A stretch of 64,000 bases of DNA from Geopsychrobacteraceae bacterium (GCA_963662315.1 OY759353.1:3136001-3200000); one strand, 5' to 3'. Shown: positions 30,341 to 42,989, numbered from the stretch's first letter. Made by a program: numbers and translations. The notes: generated by a model from the letters alone, not told the origin.

Positions 30341-30771
30341 AACCATTGGTCCCTTCAAAATGAATAAATGCACCACCGATTATATGAATGAATTATATCG
30401 CGAATTTTGCAAAACGTTGCACCTGACATAGCCCAGATAAAATTTATTTATATCCCCTGGCAATTAATGGTTAATCATAGGAATACCTTTAAAAGTTTAA
30501 GGGCAATAATTCAAATATAAGGATTTACGAGATTTCGGCAGGAGGACAGAAGCTCTGATGGTATTAACTTCAAAAGTACTGTCGAATCCCATTTTCGCAT
30601 CATCTAAGGACATTCGGAACAGAGAGATAGGTAATTTTTGAATTCAATCTAATCTGAAAGGGTCTGCCTGGCCAGATACAGGGAAAACCAAAAATTAGGG
30701 CTATGCCTAAAGTGAATGCCTTTGTGTCTTCGTGCCTTAATGACTCTGAATTATCGCTGTCATTCCAAACA

Positions 30772-30805
30772 ACAAAGCCCCCGGAAATACTGCCGGGGGC
30801 TTTGT
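30772..30805 (-). terminator. Terminator downstream of the carboxylase cluster
   Basis: acaaagcccccgg-8nt-ccgggggctttgt, followed by TGTTT on the minus strand. Confidence 0.7.
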
Positions 30806-30827
30806 GATTACGGCTTGTTGGGCTGCT

Positions 30828-32783
30828 TTATTCAATAACAACCAGCAGCTCGCCTTTTTTGACATTGTCGCCAATGTCGCATTTGATCTCTTTGATTTTA
30901 CCTGTTGTTGGTGCTTTCAGGGCGTTTTCCATTTTCATTGCTTCAAGTACAACAACGGTATCGCCAGCTGTAATGTCATCACCAACGGCCTTTTCGAAGC
31001 GCAGGATCAGCCCCGGCATTGGCGCTGCAATACCGTTACCATCTGCGGCTACTACCTCAGCAGTTTTCTTTTTGGCTGCCGGGGCTTTGCGGGCTGATGC
31101 GCCAGCTTTACGGCCGAATTGACCCACTGGGCGGATGACCGGTGACGGACCTTCTTCGTCAACTTGGATCTGGAAATATTCGTTGTCGACGAAAACATTG
31201 AAGGTGCGGGCGTTTTCACTTTTCTCTGGTGCTTCAGGTTTTTCCACCAGTTTGCCAGCCTTGGCTTTTTCAATATCGTTCATCACCTTAAGGCCTTCTT
31301 CAAGGGTACGGCCTTTCAGTTCTTCCGGCATCGGCTCAACATTGTACTTGTACTTGAGGAATTTCTTGCCGGTAACCGGGTAGATCGCATAGAGGATCTG
31401 ATCATCGATGTCTTTTGCCAGATCACCGATTTCGGCATTGGAATGCTCAAGTTCGGGGTCAAGGATTTCGGCCGGACGACAGGTGATCGGTTCGCTGCCA
31501 CGTGGGTAATCGATCAGGGCTTTTTTCTGCACTTCAGGATCGATCGGAATGGCTGTTTTACCGTAGAGGCCATAGCACAGGTCTCTAACCTGAGCAGTGA
31601 TCATTTTGTAGCGCTCATCAGGCGTGTCGAAAAGAACATTGTTGACGGTCTGAATACCGACAATCTGGCTGGTCGGGGTAACCAATGGAATCTGACCGAG
31701 TTCTTTACGGACGCGTGGCAGCTCTTCAAATACCTGAGGAAGCTTGTCGAGGGCATCCATTTCACGTAACTGGTTAACCAGGTTGGACAGCATGCCGCCC
31801 GGAGTCTGGTGCAAGAGTACGTTAATATCGATGGTCGACAGCTTGGAGTCGTCAAGCAGGTGGCGGTATTTAGGGACGATATCACGCTCAAGCACGACAT
31901 TAATGGCGGCCAGGGCGTTGATGTCGAAACCGGTGTCGCGGTTGGTGCCGAGCAATGTCATGACCAACGGCTCAATGGCCGGGTGTGAGGTGCGGTTGGC
32001 GTAGGGGGACATACAGGTATCGACGATATCTACACCAGCTTCAATGGCCTTAATCTGGGTCATGTTGGCCATACCTGAGGTCGTGTGGGTGTGCAGATGC
32101 AAAGGTATTGATGGTACGGCGGTTTTGATGGCACGTACCAGATTGAAAGCATCGTAAGGAGCAATCAGGCCTGCCATGTCCTTGATACAGATTGAATCAG
32201 CGCCAAGCTCTTCAAGGGCTTTGGCTTTTTCGACAAAATAATCAAGGCTGTAAACGTTGCCACCCATGCGTGGTTCGGTCATGGTGTAGCAGATACAGCC
32301 CTGAAAATGTTTCCCTGCCGCTTTAATGGCCGGAACAACGGTGCTGAAGTTGCGGTAATCGTTCAGGGCATCAAAGGTACGGAAGATATCCATGCCGTTT
32401 TCAGCGGCCCGCTCAACAAAAGCTTTGGCGACGTCATCAGCATAATTGCGGTAACCGACCAGATTCTGGCCACGCAGCAACATGGAAAAGGGGGTGTTTT
32501 TAATATATTTTTTCAAGGTGCGCAGACGCTCCCAGGGATCTTCCCCAAGGAAACGGTGCATGGTATCAAAAGTGGCTCCACCCCAGGTTTCGATGGCCCA
32601 GAAACCGATTTGGTCCAGCATTTCAGCAACTGGAATCATATCCTCGGTACGGCCGCGGGTGGCAAACAATGACTGATGGCCATCGCGCAAAGTCACATCC
32701 ATGACTTTGATCGGGTTAGCGGCCGCGGGACGATCTTTGCCGTAGTTCATGTCAGTAAGGTTTAATTGACAGTGCTCGCTCAT
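30828..32783 (-). CDS. Pyruvate carboxyltransferase fused to biotin carrier (transcarboxylase 5S+1.3S / PycB / OadA-like)
   Basis: DVTLRDGHQSL, WGGATFD, IKDMAG, HTH metal ligands, LVTPTSQIVG, C-terminal EAMKM biotin site. Confidence 0.92.
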   Translation of the reverse strand: MSEHCQLNLTDMNYGKDRPAAANPIKVMDVTLRDGHQSLFATRGRTEDMIPVAEMLDQIGFWAIETWGGATFDTMHRFLGEDPWERLRTLKKYIKNTPFSMLLRGQNLVGYRNYADDVAKAFVERAAENGMDIFRTFDALNDYRNFSTVVPAIKAAGKHFQGCICYTMTEPRMGGNVYSLDYFVEKAKALEELGADSICIKDMAGLIAPYDAFNLVRAIKTAVPSIPLHLHTHTTSGMANMTQIKAIEAGVDIVDTCMSPYANRTSHPAIEPLVMTLLGTNRDTGFDINALAAINVVLERDIVPKYRHLLDDSKLSTIDINVLLHQTPGGMLSNLVNQLREMDALDKLPQVFEELPRVRKELGQIPLVTPTSQIVGIQTVNNVLFDTPDERYKMITAQVRDLCYGLYGKTAIPIDPEVQKKALIDYPRGSEPITCRPAEILDPELEHSNAEIGDLAKDIDDQILYAIYPVTGKKFLKYKYNVEPMPEELKGRTLEEGLKVMNDIEKAKAGKLVEKPEAPEKSENARTFNVFVDNEYFQIQVDEEGPSPVIRPVGQFGRKAGASARKAPAAKKKTAEVVAADGNGIAAPMPGLILRFEKAVGDDITAGDTVVVLEAMKMENALKAPTTGKIKEIKCDIGDNVKKGELLVVIE

Positions 32784-32820
32784 TATGTAATTGCCCTTCT
32801 CTTTTCAATCAAAAAGCTGG

Positions 32821-33003
32821 TTAGCGGTATGCTGCGAATTTCATGACACTGCGTTGCAGAACCATTTTGCGCTGCTGGATCTGCCCGACGCGGCCGGCAC
32901 GGTTCCAGGCCTGAGTGCGGGAAACATCAATGTGCTGTTGTTCAGCTTCGAGATACGCGGATACGGCGGCCATTGCTGCTGCGAGTTTTTTGTTTTTGTC
33001 CAT
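32821..33003 (-). CDS. Small carboxylase-associated assembly/linker peptide (60 aa)
   Basis: MDKNKKLAAAMAAVSAYLEAEQ...AWNRAGR. Resembles the AAIAAV...W motif of small carboxylase accessory subunits. RBS aagga. Confidence 0.6.
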   Translation of the reverse strand: MDKNKKLAAAMAAVSAYLEAEQQHIDVSRTQAWNRAGRVGQIQQRKMVLQRSVMKFAAYR

Positions 33004-33187
33004 GGTGTTTATCCTTTTTTTGAGTGTTGTATGTTTGTGATGAATTTTTGTAATCAATATCGAAGGCACTGTCGCTGCCGCCCGCAGCTTGAGCTACCCC
33101 GGGCTTTTGACCCGATCACGTTTAACACTCTCTCGTTTTAATCGTTAATTACTGCATGTCCATGGATTGGCATCCCTGACATTCGGC

Positions 33188-34741
33188 TTACAGCGGAATG
33201 TTGCCATGTTTCTTGGCTGGACGCTGCTCACGTTTGTTACACAGAATCTCCAATGCATCGATCAGGCGGGCACGAGTTTCAGCCGGTTCGATAACGGCAT
33301 CAACATGGCCACGGGCTGCTGAGCAATAGGGATTGGCAAACTGGGTTTCATACTCTTCTTTACACTTCAGTCGCTCAGCGGCAGGATCTTCTGCAGCATC
33401 GATGCGTTTCTTGTAAATGATGTTGGCCGCGCCATCCGCACCCATTACGGCAATTTCAGCGGTTGGCCAGGCAAAAGCCATATCATTGCCAAGGTCTTTA
33501 GCGTTCATGGCCAGGTAGGAGCCACCGTAGTCTTTACGCACAGAAAGCAGCAATTTAGGTACTGTGGCTTCTGAGTAACTCCATAACAGTTTGGACCCAT
33601 GATTAATAATTCCTGACCACTCCTGATTGGTACCAGGCAGATAGCCCGGAACGTCGGCGATGGTCAATAATGGAATATTAAAAGCGTCGCACATGCGAAT
33701 GAAACGGCTGGCTTTGTTAGAGGCTTCAATGTTAAGGCAACCGGCCATAACCATAGGCTGATTGGCAATGATACCGACGCTGCGACCGTTAAGACGAGCA
33801 AAGGCAATGATGATATTGGTTGCGTAGTGCTCATGTGGTTCGAAGAACTCACCATCGTCAACAATGTGGGCGATCAGCTCTTTCATGTCGTAAGCGGCGC
33901 TCGGGCTGTCCGGAATGATGGTGTTCAGTTCCGGAATCAGACGTGCCGGATCATCATTGGTTGGATAGACCGGAGCTTCTTCCATGTTGTTGGAAGGCAG
34001 ATAGGACAGCAGTACTTTGATCTGCTCAATACAGTCAGCATCGTCTTCGCAGGCAAAATGAGCAACACCGCTTTTGGTATTGTGGGTCATGGCGCCACCA
34101 AGCTCTTCCATGGTCACTTCCTCCCCCAGAACCGCTTTGATGACGGCAGGTCCGGTGATGAACATGTGGCTGGTCTTTTTAACCATGAAGATGTAGTCGG
34201 TCATCGCCGGAGAATAAACGGCACCACCGGCAGCTGAACCCATGATCGCGGAAATTTGTGGAATAACACCGGAACTCAGAGCATTGCGACGGAATACCTG
34301 GCCATAACCGGACAGGGAGTCGACCCCTTCTTGGATGCGGGCACCACCGGAATCGTTCAGACCGATGATAGGGCAACCGGCTTTTTCAGCAAGGTCCATA
34401 ACTTTACAAATTTTAGATGCGTGCATTTCGCCAAGGCTACCGGCGCGGGCAGTAAAGTCCTGGGCGAAGGCGAATACGGGGCGGCCGTTAACATAGCCAT
34501 GACCGGTGACCACACCATCTGCAGGCACGTCGACTTTTTCCATGCCGAAGTTGGTGCAACGATGCTGAACAAACATGTCCAGTTCACGGAAAGTACCTTC
34601 ATCAAATAACAGATCAAGGCGTTCACGTGCTGTGAGTTTTCCTTTGGCTTTGTGCTTTGCGACTGCTGCTTCGCCACCCATCTGAAGAATTTTGGCCTGT
34701 TTTTCCTTCAATAACGCGATGGCATCTTCTGTCCTGCCCAT
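33188..34741 (-). CDS. Acyl-CoA carboxyltransferase (methylmalonyl-CoA carboxyltransferase 12S / MmdA / PccB-like)
   Basis: GKLTARERL, DSGGARIQEG, GGAVYSPAMTD, DVPGYLPG, KKHGNIPL. Confidence 0.93.
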   Translation of the reverse strand: MGRTEDAIALLKEKQAKILQMGGEAAVAKHKAKGKLTARERLDLLFDEGTFRELDMFVQHRCTNFGMEKVDVPADGVVTGHGYVNGRPVFAFAQDFTARAGSLGEMHASKICKVMDLAEKAGCPIIGLNDSGGARIQEGVDSLSGYGQVFRRNALSSGVIPQISAIMGSAAGGAVYSPAMTDYIFMVKKTSHMFITGPAVIKAVLGEEVTMEELGGAMTHNTKSGVAHFACEDDADCIEQIKVLLSYLPSNNMEEAPVYPTNDDPARLIPELNTIIPDSPSAAYDMKELIAHIVDDGEFFEPHEHYATNIIIAFARLNGRSVGIIANQPMVMAGCLNIEASNKASRFIRMCDAFNIPLLTIADVPGYLPGTNQEWSGIINHGSKLLWSYSEATVPKLLLSVRKDYGGSYLAMNAKDLGNDMAFAWPTAEIAVMGADGAANIIYKKRIDAAEDPAAERLKCKEEYETQFANPYCSAARGHVDAVIEPAETRARLIDALEILCNKREQRPAKKHGNIPL

Positions 34742-35475
34742 CTTCACTCCTTATGCGTATAGCGCGGTTGAGTTGTCCAAGTAACAACGCTGCACTGATT
34801 GCAGTGTATTACGTAATAGACAACAAAAATCGATGACTTAAGTATTGACCTGTCAAGCGCTGCATTGTGAGGTCTGATATGACATCGGGGACAACACATT
34901 AAATACAGCAACATCGCTCGATCAATGCCAATGTCGGTTTCGCTTGGTACCAGACCTCTCTCAGGGTCAACTGGTAATGTCCAGATGGAGAATGTAAGCG
35001 ATTCTCATCTGTTTCTCGATTCCCGCCCGGAATACAGAACAGATTCTCAGCTCAAAAGAGCAATTGCATAGATAAATGAGTAGATGTCAATTTTTACACA
35101 TGACATTCAATGTGGCTGATAACGGGACGCTATCGGCCGAATAATTACATAAAATGAAAACATAAATAAAAGTTGTAAAAGAACAACGCAAAAGCAATCT
35201 AACAGGTTTGTTTAAAAACTGCAATATCAGAAATTGGTAAAACCATTTTTTTGTGATTTTTTTTCGTATTTTGAATATTTCGGTAAAAATGGCAGCAAAA
35301 TGCTAATTTATAATGCTTTTTTAAATTTATCTTTATCTTGGTTTTAAAGCTGTTTACACCCAAAATGAGCTGGCCTTACCAAAATAATCGAGTAAACTTC
35401 CAATGCCTCATGAAACATGATTATACCTAAATGATTAAGGTGGTGCCAAGACACCACCTTAAAATTAACCTGAGG

Positions 35476-36780
<1,305 letters not shown>

Positions 36781-36815
36781 TTATAAATTGTTTATTCCTG
36801 GTTAGGTTTAAGTTT

Positions 36816-36908
36816 CCTTCTTCCTGGGGGAGAAGGTACCGCAGGCGGATGAGGGGGAAGTAAAAGTCGGATTTCCCCTTACCTCGGCCCTCTCCTCTAA
36901 GGAGAGGG
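36816..36908. repeat. Pair of inverted boxC/REP-like palindromic units
   Basis: ccttcttcctgggggagaaggtaccgcaggcggatgagggg ... ccccttacctcggccctctcctctaaggagaggg. Confidence 0.55.
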
Positions 36909-36932
36909 AGTATTCGCTATGCTATGGCTAGA

Positions 36933-37685
36933 TTATTGAAAATGCGCAATACGGCTGAAGTCTTCAGCTTTCAGACTGGCACCTCCAACCAGGGCTCCGT
37001 CGATATTAGGCTGTGCCATCAATTCATCAATATTATCTGGTTTGACGCTGCCGCCATAAAGAATCCGGATCTGTTGCGATAGGGTTCGCCCATATAGAGT
37101 GCAGAGGATATCACGAATAAACAGGTGCACCTCTTCAGCTTGACCGCTGGTTGCTGTTTTGCCGGTGCCGATGGCCCACACCGGCTCATAGGCGATAACA
37201 ATTTCAAAGGCCTGCTGCGGCTCGATATCCTTAAGAGCAGCGATAATCTGTTGTTTAAGAATATCGAACATTTTGCCGCTTTCACGCTCTTCGAGGGTTT
37301 CGCCGATACACAGGATGGGCAGAATTCCGGCACCAAGCAGTGCTTTCATCTTCAGGTTAATGAAGGCATCTGTTTCACTAAACAGCTGACGTCTTTCCGA
37401 ATGGCCGACCAGGCAGTAACTGCAACCGGCATCTTTAAGTTGTCGCGGCGATATTTCTCCGGTATAGGCGCCATTGTCTGCCGGATAGCAGTTCTGGGCG
37501 GCCAGATTAATGGTGCTGCCAGAAAGTGTTTCTGCGACACCGGTTAGAGCGGTAAAGATCGGTGCTACGATCAGGTCAACATCTTTAAGATCGGCGAGGC
37601 TGGCTCCTAATTCATCGGCCAGAGCCACAGCTTCAGCGAGGGTTTTATTCATTTTCCAGTTGCCGGCGATCATTGGTTTGCGCAT
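36933..37685 (-). CDS. tpiA: Triosephosphate isomerase
   Basis: AGNWKMN, GHSERR, AYEPVWAIGTG, YGGSV, LVGGASL. Confidence 0.98.
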   Translation of the reverse strand: MRKPMIAGNWKMNKTLAEAVALADELGASLADLKDVDLIVAPIFTALTGVAETLSGSTINLAAQNCYPADNGAYTGEISPRQLKDAGCSYCLVGHSERRQLFSETDAFINLKMKALLGAGILPILCIGETLEERESGKMFDILKQQIIAALKDIEPQQAFEIVIAYEPVWAIGTGKTATSGQAEEVHLFIRDILCTLYGRTLSQQIRILYGGSVKPDNIDELMAQPNIDGALVGGASLKAEDFSRIAHFQ

Positions 37686-37711
37686 GAGTCTTCTCCTGTC
37701 AGGCTCTCTGG

Positions 37712-38119
37712 TTATTTGTCGTTAAGGGTTGCAACCCCTGGCAGAATTTGGCTTTCCAGGAATTCAAGGGATGCACCACCGGTGGAAATATGGGTCATCT
37801 GGTCAGCGAGCCCCGCATTATTGACCGCTGCGACTGAATCACCGCCACCGATAACGGATACAGTTTCTGACCGGGCCAGGTAAGGAGCTACGAGGGTGAG
37901 GCTGTAAGCAGGATCAGGTTCCCCCTTAGGGTGGCCGAGGTGGGAAGCCAGGATCAGTTTTTCCTCCTGGTTCAGGATATGCTTGATGGTGGGCAGTGCA
38001 GCTCTGATGCGGGTATCGTCAGTAGCGGAATTTTCAGCGATGGGAGCATTGAAATCAACACGGCACAGGACTTTTTTGCCCCGACAGTCAATGGCCCCGA
38101 GTGACAGTTTATTAAGCAT
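37712..38119 (-). pseudogene. pgk: Phosphoglycerate kinase remnant with in-frame internal deletion (135 aa vs ~395)
   Basis: N-terminal RVDFN..DDTRI..ASHLG joined directly to C-terminal [19 protein letters not shown]. Lies between gap and tpiA. Confidence 0.9.
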
Positions 38120-38160
38120 AGTCTAGATCCTTGAGTAAGGCCTGGTGGGTTCCAAGGAAA

Positions 38161-39227
<1,067 letters not shown>

Positions 39228-39278
39228 TCAAAAGCGAATTTATCTTGCGTACTCTCGTCTCTCTTGTTTAATCCTGCA

Positions 39279-40703
39279 TCAGGTTAATAGATGCACTTTC
39301 ATCAGATTGGTGGGGCAGGATTCCGCCGAGGGACTTCCCATGGTAATAACGGCAACGTCTCCTGCTTTTAAGACCCCGGCCGCTTTTGCCGTCTCGCACG
39401 CCATCTGAATCTGGGTTTCGGTCGTCCCGGTAGCGTTGGTCAAAAAGGCCTGGACGGCAGCATACAAGGCCAGTCTGCGCTGGACCTGAAGTGAAGGCGT
39501 TACGGCAAAAATAGGTAGTGCCGGACGGTATTTTGCTGCTAATGCTGCGGTAGAACCAGTCTGGGTAAACGCAACAATGGCCTGTGCATTGATATTTTCT
39601 GCGAGCCGGCAGGCAGCCTGACTGATCCCCTCGGAATAACAGCTGGAGCCGGAAGTATGGGCCAGGGGCTGAAACAGTCTGTTGCGCAGTTCTGGATCGA
39701 CTTCAACATCAAGGGCGACCCTTGCCATCAGGGTGACTGCCTGGGCCGGGTATTTACCGGCGGCTGTCTCAGCCGACAGCATGACTGCATCGGTGCCGTC
39801 AAGGATGGCGTTGGCGACGTCTGAGACTTCAGCCCGGGTCGGGCGTGGATGGTCGATCATACTTTCCAGCATCTGTGTTGCAGTAATGACTGGTTTGCCG
39901 GCTTCGTTGCATTTGCGAATAATCTGTTTCTGGATCAGAGGGACCTGTTCGGCGTTCATTTCCACCCCCAGATCGCCCCGAGCGACCATGACACCGTCAG
40001 TCATGGCCAGGATGGCGTCGAAGTTTTCTACCGCCTGGGGTTTTTCGATTTTGGAAATAACCGGAATGTCACTGCCTGCTTCATGGATGATTTTTTTCAG
40101 TTCACTGACATCGCTGGCCTGGCGCACAAAGGAAAGAGCGATGTAGTCAACCTTTTCCGCAATGCAGAACAACAGGTCGTTTTTATCTTTTTCGGTCAGG
40201 CAGGGCGCGGCGACGGCGGCACCGGGAAGGTTAATTCCTTTTCGGTCTTTGAGTGTGCCGCCAAACTTGACTTCACAGTGAACTTCATCGCTGTTGGTTG
40301 AGAGAACGCTAAGCTCCATCAGCCCGTCATCAAGGAGAATCCGCTCACCGACACTAACGCATTGCGGCAATTCAGGGTAGCAGGTTGGAATGACATTGTT
40401 CTCGCCAAGGATATCGCGACTGGTGATAGTCACCTGCTGACCCGGTGCCAGTAGCATGAACCCGTCTTTCAGTTGGCCGACACGGATTTTCGGCCCCTGG
40501 AGATCGCCAAGGATGGCAATCGGCTGGGCCAATTGCTCAGAGACAGAGCGGATACGTTGGATAATGGCACGTTTATCTGCATGATCGCCGTGGGAAAAAT
40601 TCAGTCTGAAGACATTTGCCCCACTGGATACGAGTTCCTTCAGCATCTCCTCTGAGGAGCTCGCGGGGCCGATAGTTGCGACAATTTTTGTGCGTCTGAA
40701 CAT
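39279..40703 (-). CDS. pyk: Pyruvate kinase
   Basis: RRTKIVATIGPAS, RLNFSHG, DLQGPKIR, MVARGDLGVE, TATQMLESM. Confidence 0.98.
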   Translation of the reverse strand: MFRRTKIVATIGPASSSEEMLKELVSSGANVFRLNFSHGDHADKRAIIQRIRSVSEQLAQPIAILGDLQGPKIRVGQLKDGFMLLAPGQQVTITSRDILGENNVIPTCYPELPQCVSVGERILLDDGLMELSVLSTNSDEVHCEVKFGGTLKDRKGINLPGAAVAAPCLTEKDKNDLLFCIAEKVDYIALSFVRQASDVSELKKIIHEAGSDIPVISKIEKPQAVENFDAILAMTDGVMVARGDLGVEMNAEQVPLIQKQIIRKCNEAGKPVITATQMLESMIDHPRPTRAEVSDVANAILDGTDAVMLSAETAAGKYPAQAVTLMARVALDVEVDPELRNRLFQPLAHTSGSSCYSEGISQAACRLAENINAQAIVAFTQTGSTAALAAKYRPALPIFAVTPSLQVQRRLALYAAVQAFLTNATGTTETQIQMACETAKAAGVLKAGDVAVITMGSPSAESCPTNLMKVHLLT

Positions 40704-40887
40704 AAGGCGATTGTCCTCGCATAAATGGTGTTCTTCCGGAAAATCCGGAGGTCAATGAATATAGATTCTGGGGAGGAAGTGTTTATGTTTTTTGACCTTC
40801 AGAGCCTTGCAGCACTGATCATACGCTCAGTGAGCTGTATGACCGGCGCTGCAAGCAGGTCTGCCGAAAGGCGAATGACTGAGGTTG

Positions 40888-42501
40888 TCAAATAGCAACA
40901 GACAGGCGTTCATCCACGAGTTGCTGCTCTTCCTTGCAGCGCTCACTATCCCAGGCCAATTTTTCGGCCATTATTTCAATGACGCGTGGGGCGGCAGCGC
41001 TGGCGGCCGCTTTGTCAATCAGGGACAGCGGCAAGCGTCTGGTCAGAATGTCGATGGCGTGTACTGCATATTCATGGGCTGTAGCGTAAATAACTTCGGC
41101 TTCAATAAACGGATGGTTTTTATGCAACCGGTTTCCGTGCCCTTCTCTGGCCAAATCGGCGACCATGGCCGCACGATCACCATAAGCTTCATTCAGGTTG
41201 GCCGCGATATCTTGGTCGAGACCATAACCTTTTACCAGGGCCTTGTCCCCCTGCTTATCAAAGTTTTCCCCACCAACAACTGCAGTTTGGTTGGTCTGGC
41301 ATGGGCGTACGGTCCCAAGCCCGAAGGCTTTAACGGCTTGATTGACCGTATCTTCCGCCATGCGCCGGTAGCTGGTCCACTTGCCACCGACAATGGTCAG
41401 TAGTCCGCCTGGGCTCAATGAAATGACATGGTCACGTACCAGATTGGAGGTATCAGCTGCTTTCGGATCAGCGACCAGCGGACGAAGACCGGACCAGCTG
41501 GATTTGATGTCGTCGCGGGTGACCTTGATATCAAAGTAAAGGCTGACATGGCGCAGCAGATAGTCGATTTCGGCATCGGTGGTTTTGGGGTGCTCCGTAA
41601 TCTTGGCCGGATCGTCTGTGGTGCCGATTAGCGCGTGGCCTTGCCAGGGTAAAACAAACAGCACGCGACCGTCTTCGGTTTTGGGGATCATCAGGCCGTT
41701 TTCCGGCGGTGCGAAGCGTTTATCGAGAACCAGGTGAACCCCGGAACTGGCAGAAATGATCGGCTGGATGTTCGGATCATCCATCTTACGCAGATTGTCA
41801 CCAAATGGACCGGTCGCATTGATGGTCCCCCTGGTTTTAATCTGCCATTCTTCACCAGTGACCTGATCCTTAACGCTGACGCTGCTGATTTTGCCATTGG
41901 TTTTGTTGAGCTTGGTTACTTCAATATGATTGCCAATGACCGCGCCATGTTTTTCAGCAGTCATGGCCAGGGCGACAGCCATGCGGGCATCGTTGAATTG
42001 ACCGTCGTAGTAGAGAACGCCAGCTTTAAGCCCTTTGGCTTTGACTGATGGAAAGCGCTTGAGGATTTCACGACGGCTTAAGAAGCGGCTGTGACCAATC
42101 CCCATTTTCCCGGCCAGCATATCGTACAGTTTGAGCCCGGCAAATACCTGGGGAACATCAATCCAACGATACAGTGGGGTAACGAAGGCGATCGGGTGTG
42201 ACAGGTGGGGAGCATTTTTCAATAATACCCCGCGCTCGTGCAGCCCCTCTTTGACCAGATCGTATTGAGCTTTGTCCAGTCGTTTAACGGCTTTTTCAAG
42301 ATAGCGCACACCACCGTGAACCAGTTTGGTGCTGCGTGAGCTGGTTCCTTCTGCAATGTCATTCTTTTCCAGTAGGGCGACTTTCAGTCCGCGACCGGCC
42401 GCATCAACGGCAATACCGCAACCAGTAGCTCCGCCACCGATAATTACCAGGTCGAATGTTTCACCGGCTTGCAGGGACTTGAGAGTTTGTTCTCTGGTCA
42501 T
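40888..42501 (-). CDS. glpD: FAD-dependent glycerol-3-phosphate dehydrogenase
   Basis: IIGGGATGCG, GTSSRSTKLVHGGVRYL, GLRPL, GGKWTSYRRMAE. Confidence 0.95.
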   Translation of the reverse strand: MTREQTLKSLQAGETFDLVIIGGGATGCGIAVDAAGRGLKVALLEKNDIAEGTSSRSTKLVHGGVRYLEKAVKRLDKAQYDLVKEGLHERGVLLKNAPHLSHPIAFVTPLYRWIDVPQVFAGLKLYDMLAGKMGIGHSRFLSRREILKRFPSVKAKGLKAGVLYYDGQFNDARMAVALAMTAEKHGAVIGNHIEVTKLNKTNGKISSVSVKDQVTGEEWQIKTRGTINATGPFGDNLRKMDDPNIQPIISASSGVHLVLDKRFAPPENGLMIPKTEDGRVLFVLPWQGHALIGTTDDPAKITEHPKTTDAEIDYLLRHVSLYFDIKVTRDDIKSSWSGLRPLVADPKAADTSNLVRDHVISLSPGGLLTIVGGKWTSYRRMAEDTVNQAVKAFGLGTVRPCQTNQTAVVGGENFDKQGDKALVKGYGLDQDIAANLNEAYGDRAAMVADLAREGHGNRLHKNHPFIEAEVIYATAHEYAVHAIDILTRRLPLSLIDKAAASAAAPRVIEIMAEKLAWDSERCKEEQQLVDERLSVAI

Positions 42502-42558
42502 AATGAAAAACCTCGTTTGCGAAAGTGATAAGGACAAAGGTGGAAAGAAAACAATGTT

Positions 42559-42578
42559 TATGTTCGAAAACGATCATA
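42559..42578. promoter_or_regulatory. GlpR operator upstream of glpD
   Basis: tatgttcgaaaacgatcata closely matches the E. coli GlpR palindrome. Weaker copies at 42591-42610 and 42768-42787. Confidence 0.7.
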
Positions 42579-42989
42579 AAAAAGATCTAAAATGTTTGCA
42601 AGCGAAAAAACAGCAATCAAAATGAAAATTTTATCCATAATTTTTAAAGTCGCCGCGATCATAGATAACATTATAAATAAAATAGGTGGTTATGGTGTCA
42701 TATAATGAGGTTGTTGGGCTCAATGAGGAGGGAGAAGGGATGTTGGTAAAAGAAATTGAGTTGGAAAAATTTTCGCACACGAACATTTTAACATACCGGG
42801 ATGATTTTTAAATCGTCACGGATAAAATGGACTTGTCAGACGCTCATCAACATCGTTTGACTGCGGATTTAGCCCCGATCAGGTCGTGGGTTATATATGG
42901 ATAAATTGGATAAGATACTGAAAATGCATATAAAATTGACTGTATTGACGATGAGAAACTGAAATTTATGGACGGCGAGGCAAAAAAGA

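Noticed and set aside
33004..33187. Possible riboswitch or ncRNA between carboxylase genes
   Set aside because: No recognisable aptamer consensus or terminator.
34742..35475. Long AT-rich intergenic region with short hairpins (34948-35011) as a riboswitch leader
   Set aside because: The hairpins do not match any riboswitch family I can recognise. Likely just a complex promoter region.
42739..42810. 23-codon ORF MLVKEIELEKFSHTNILTYRDDF after a purine-rich RBS-like stretch
   Set aside because: No motif or supporting terminator, and it overlaps a GlpR-like operator.
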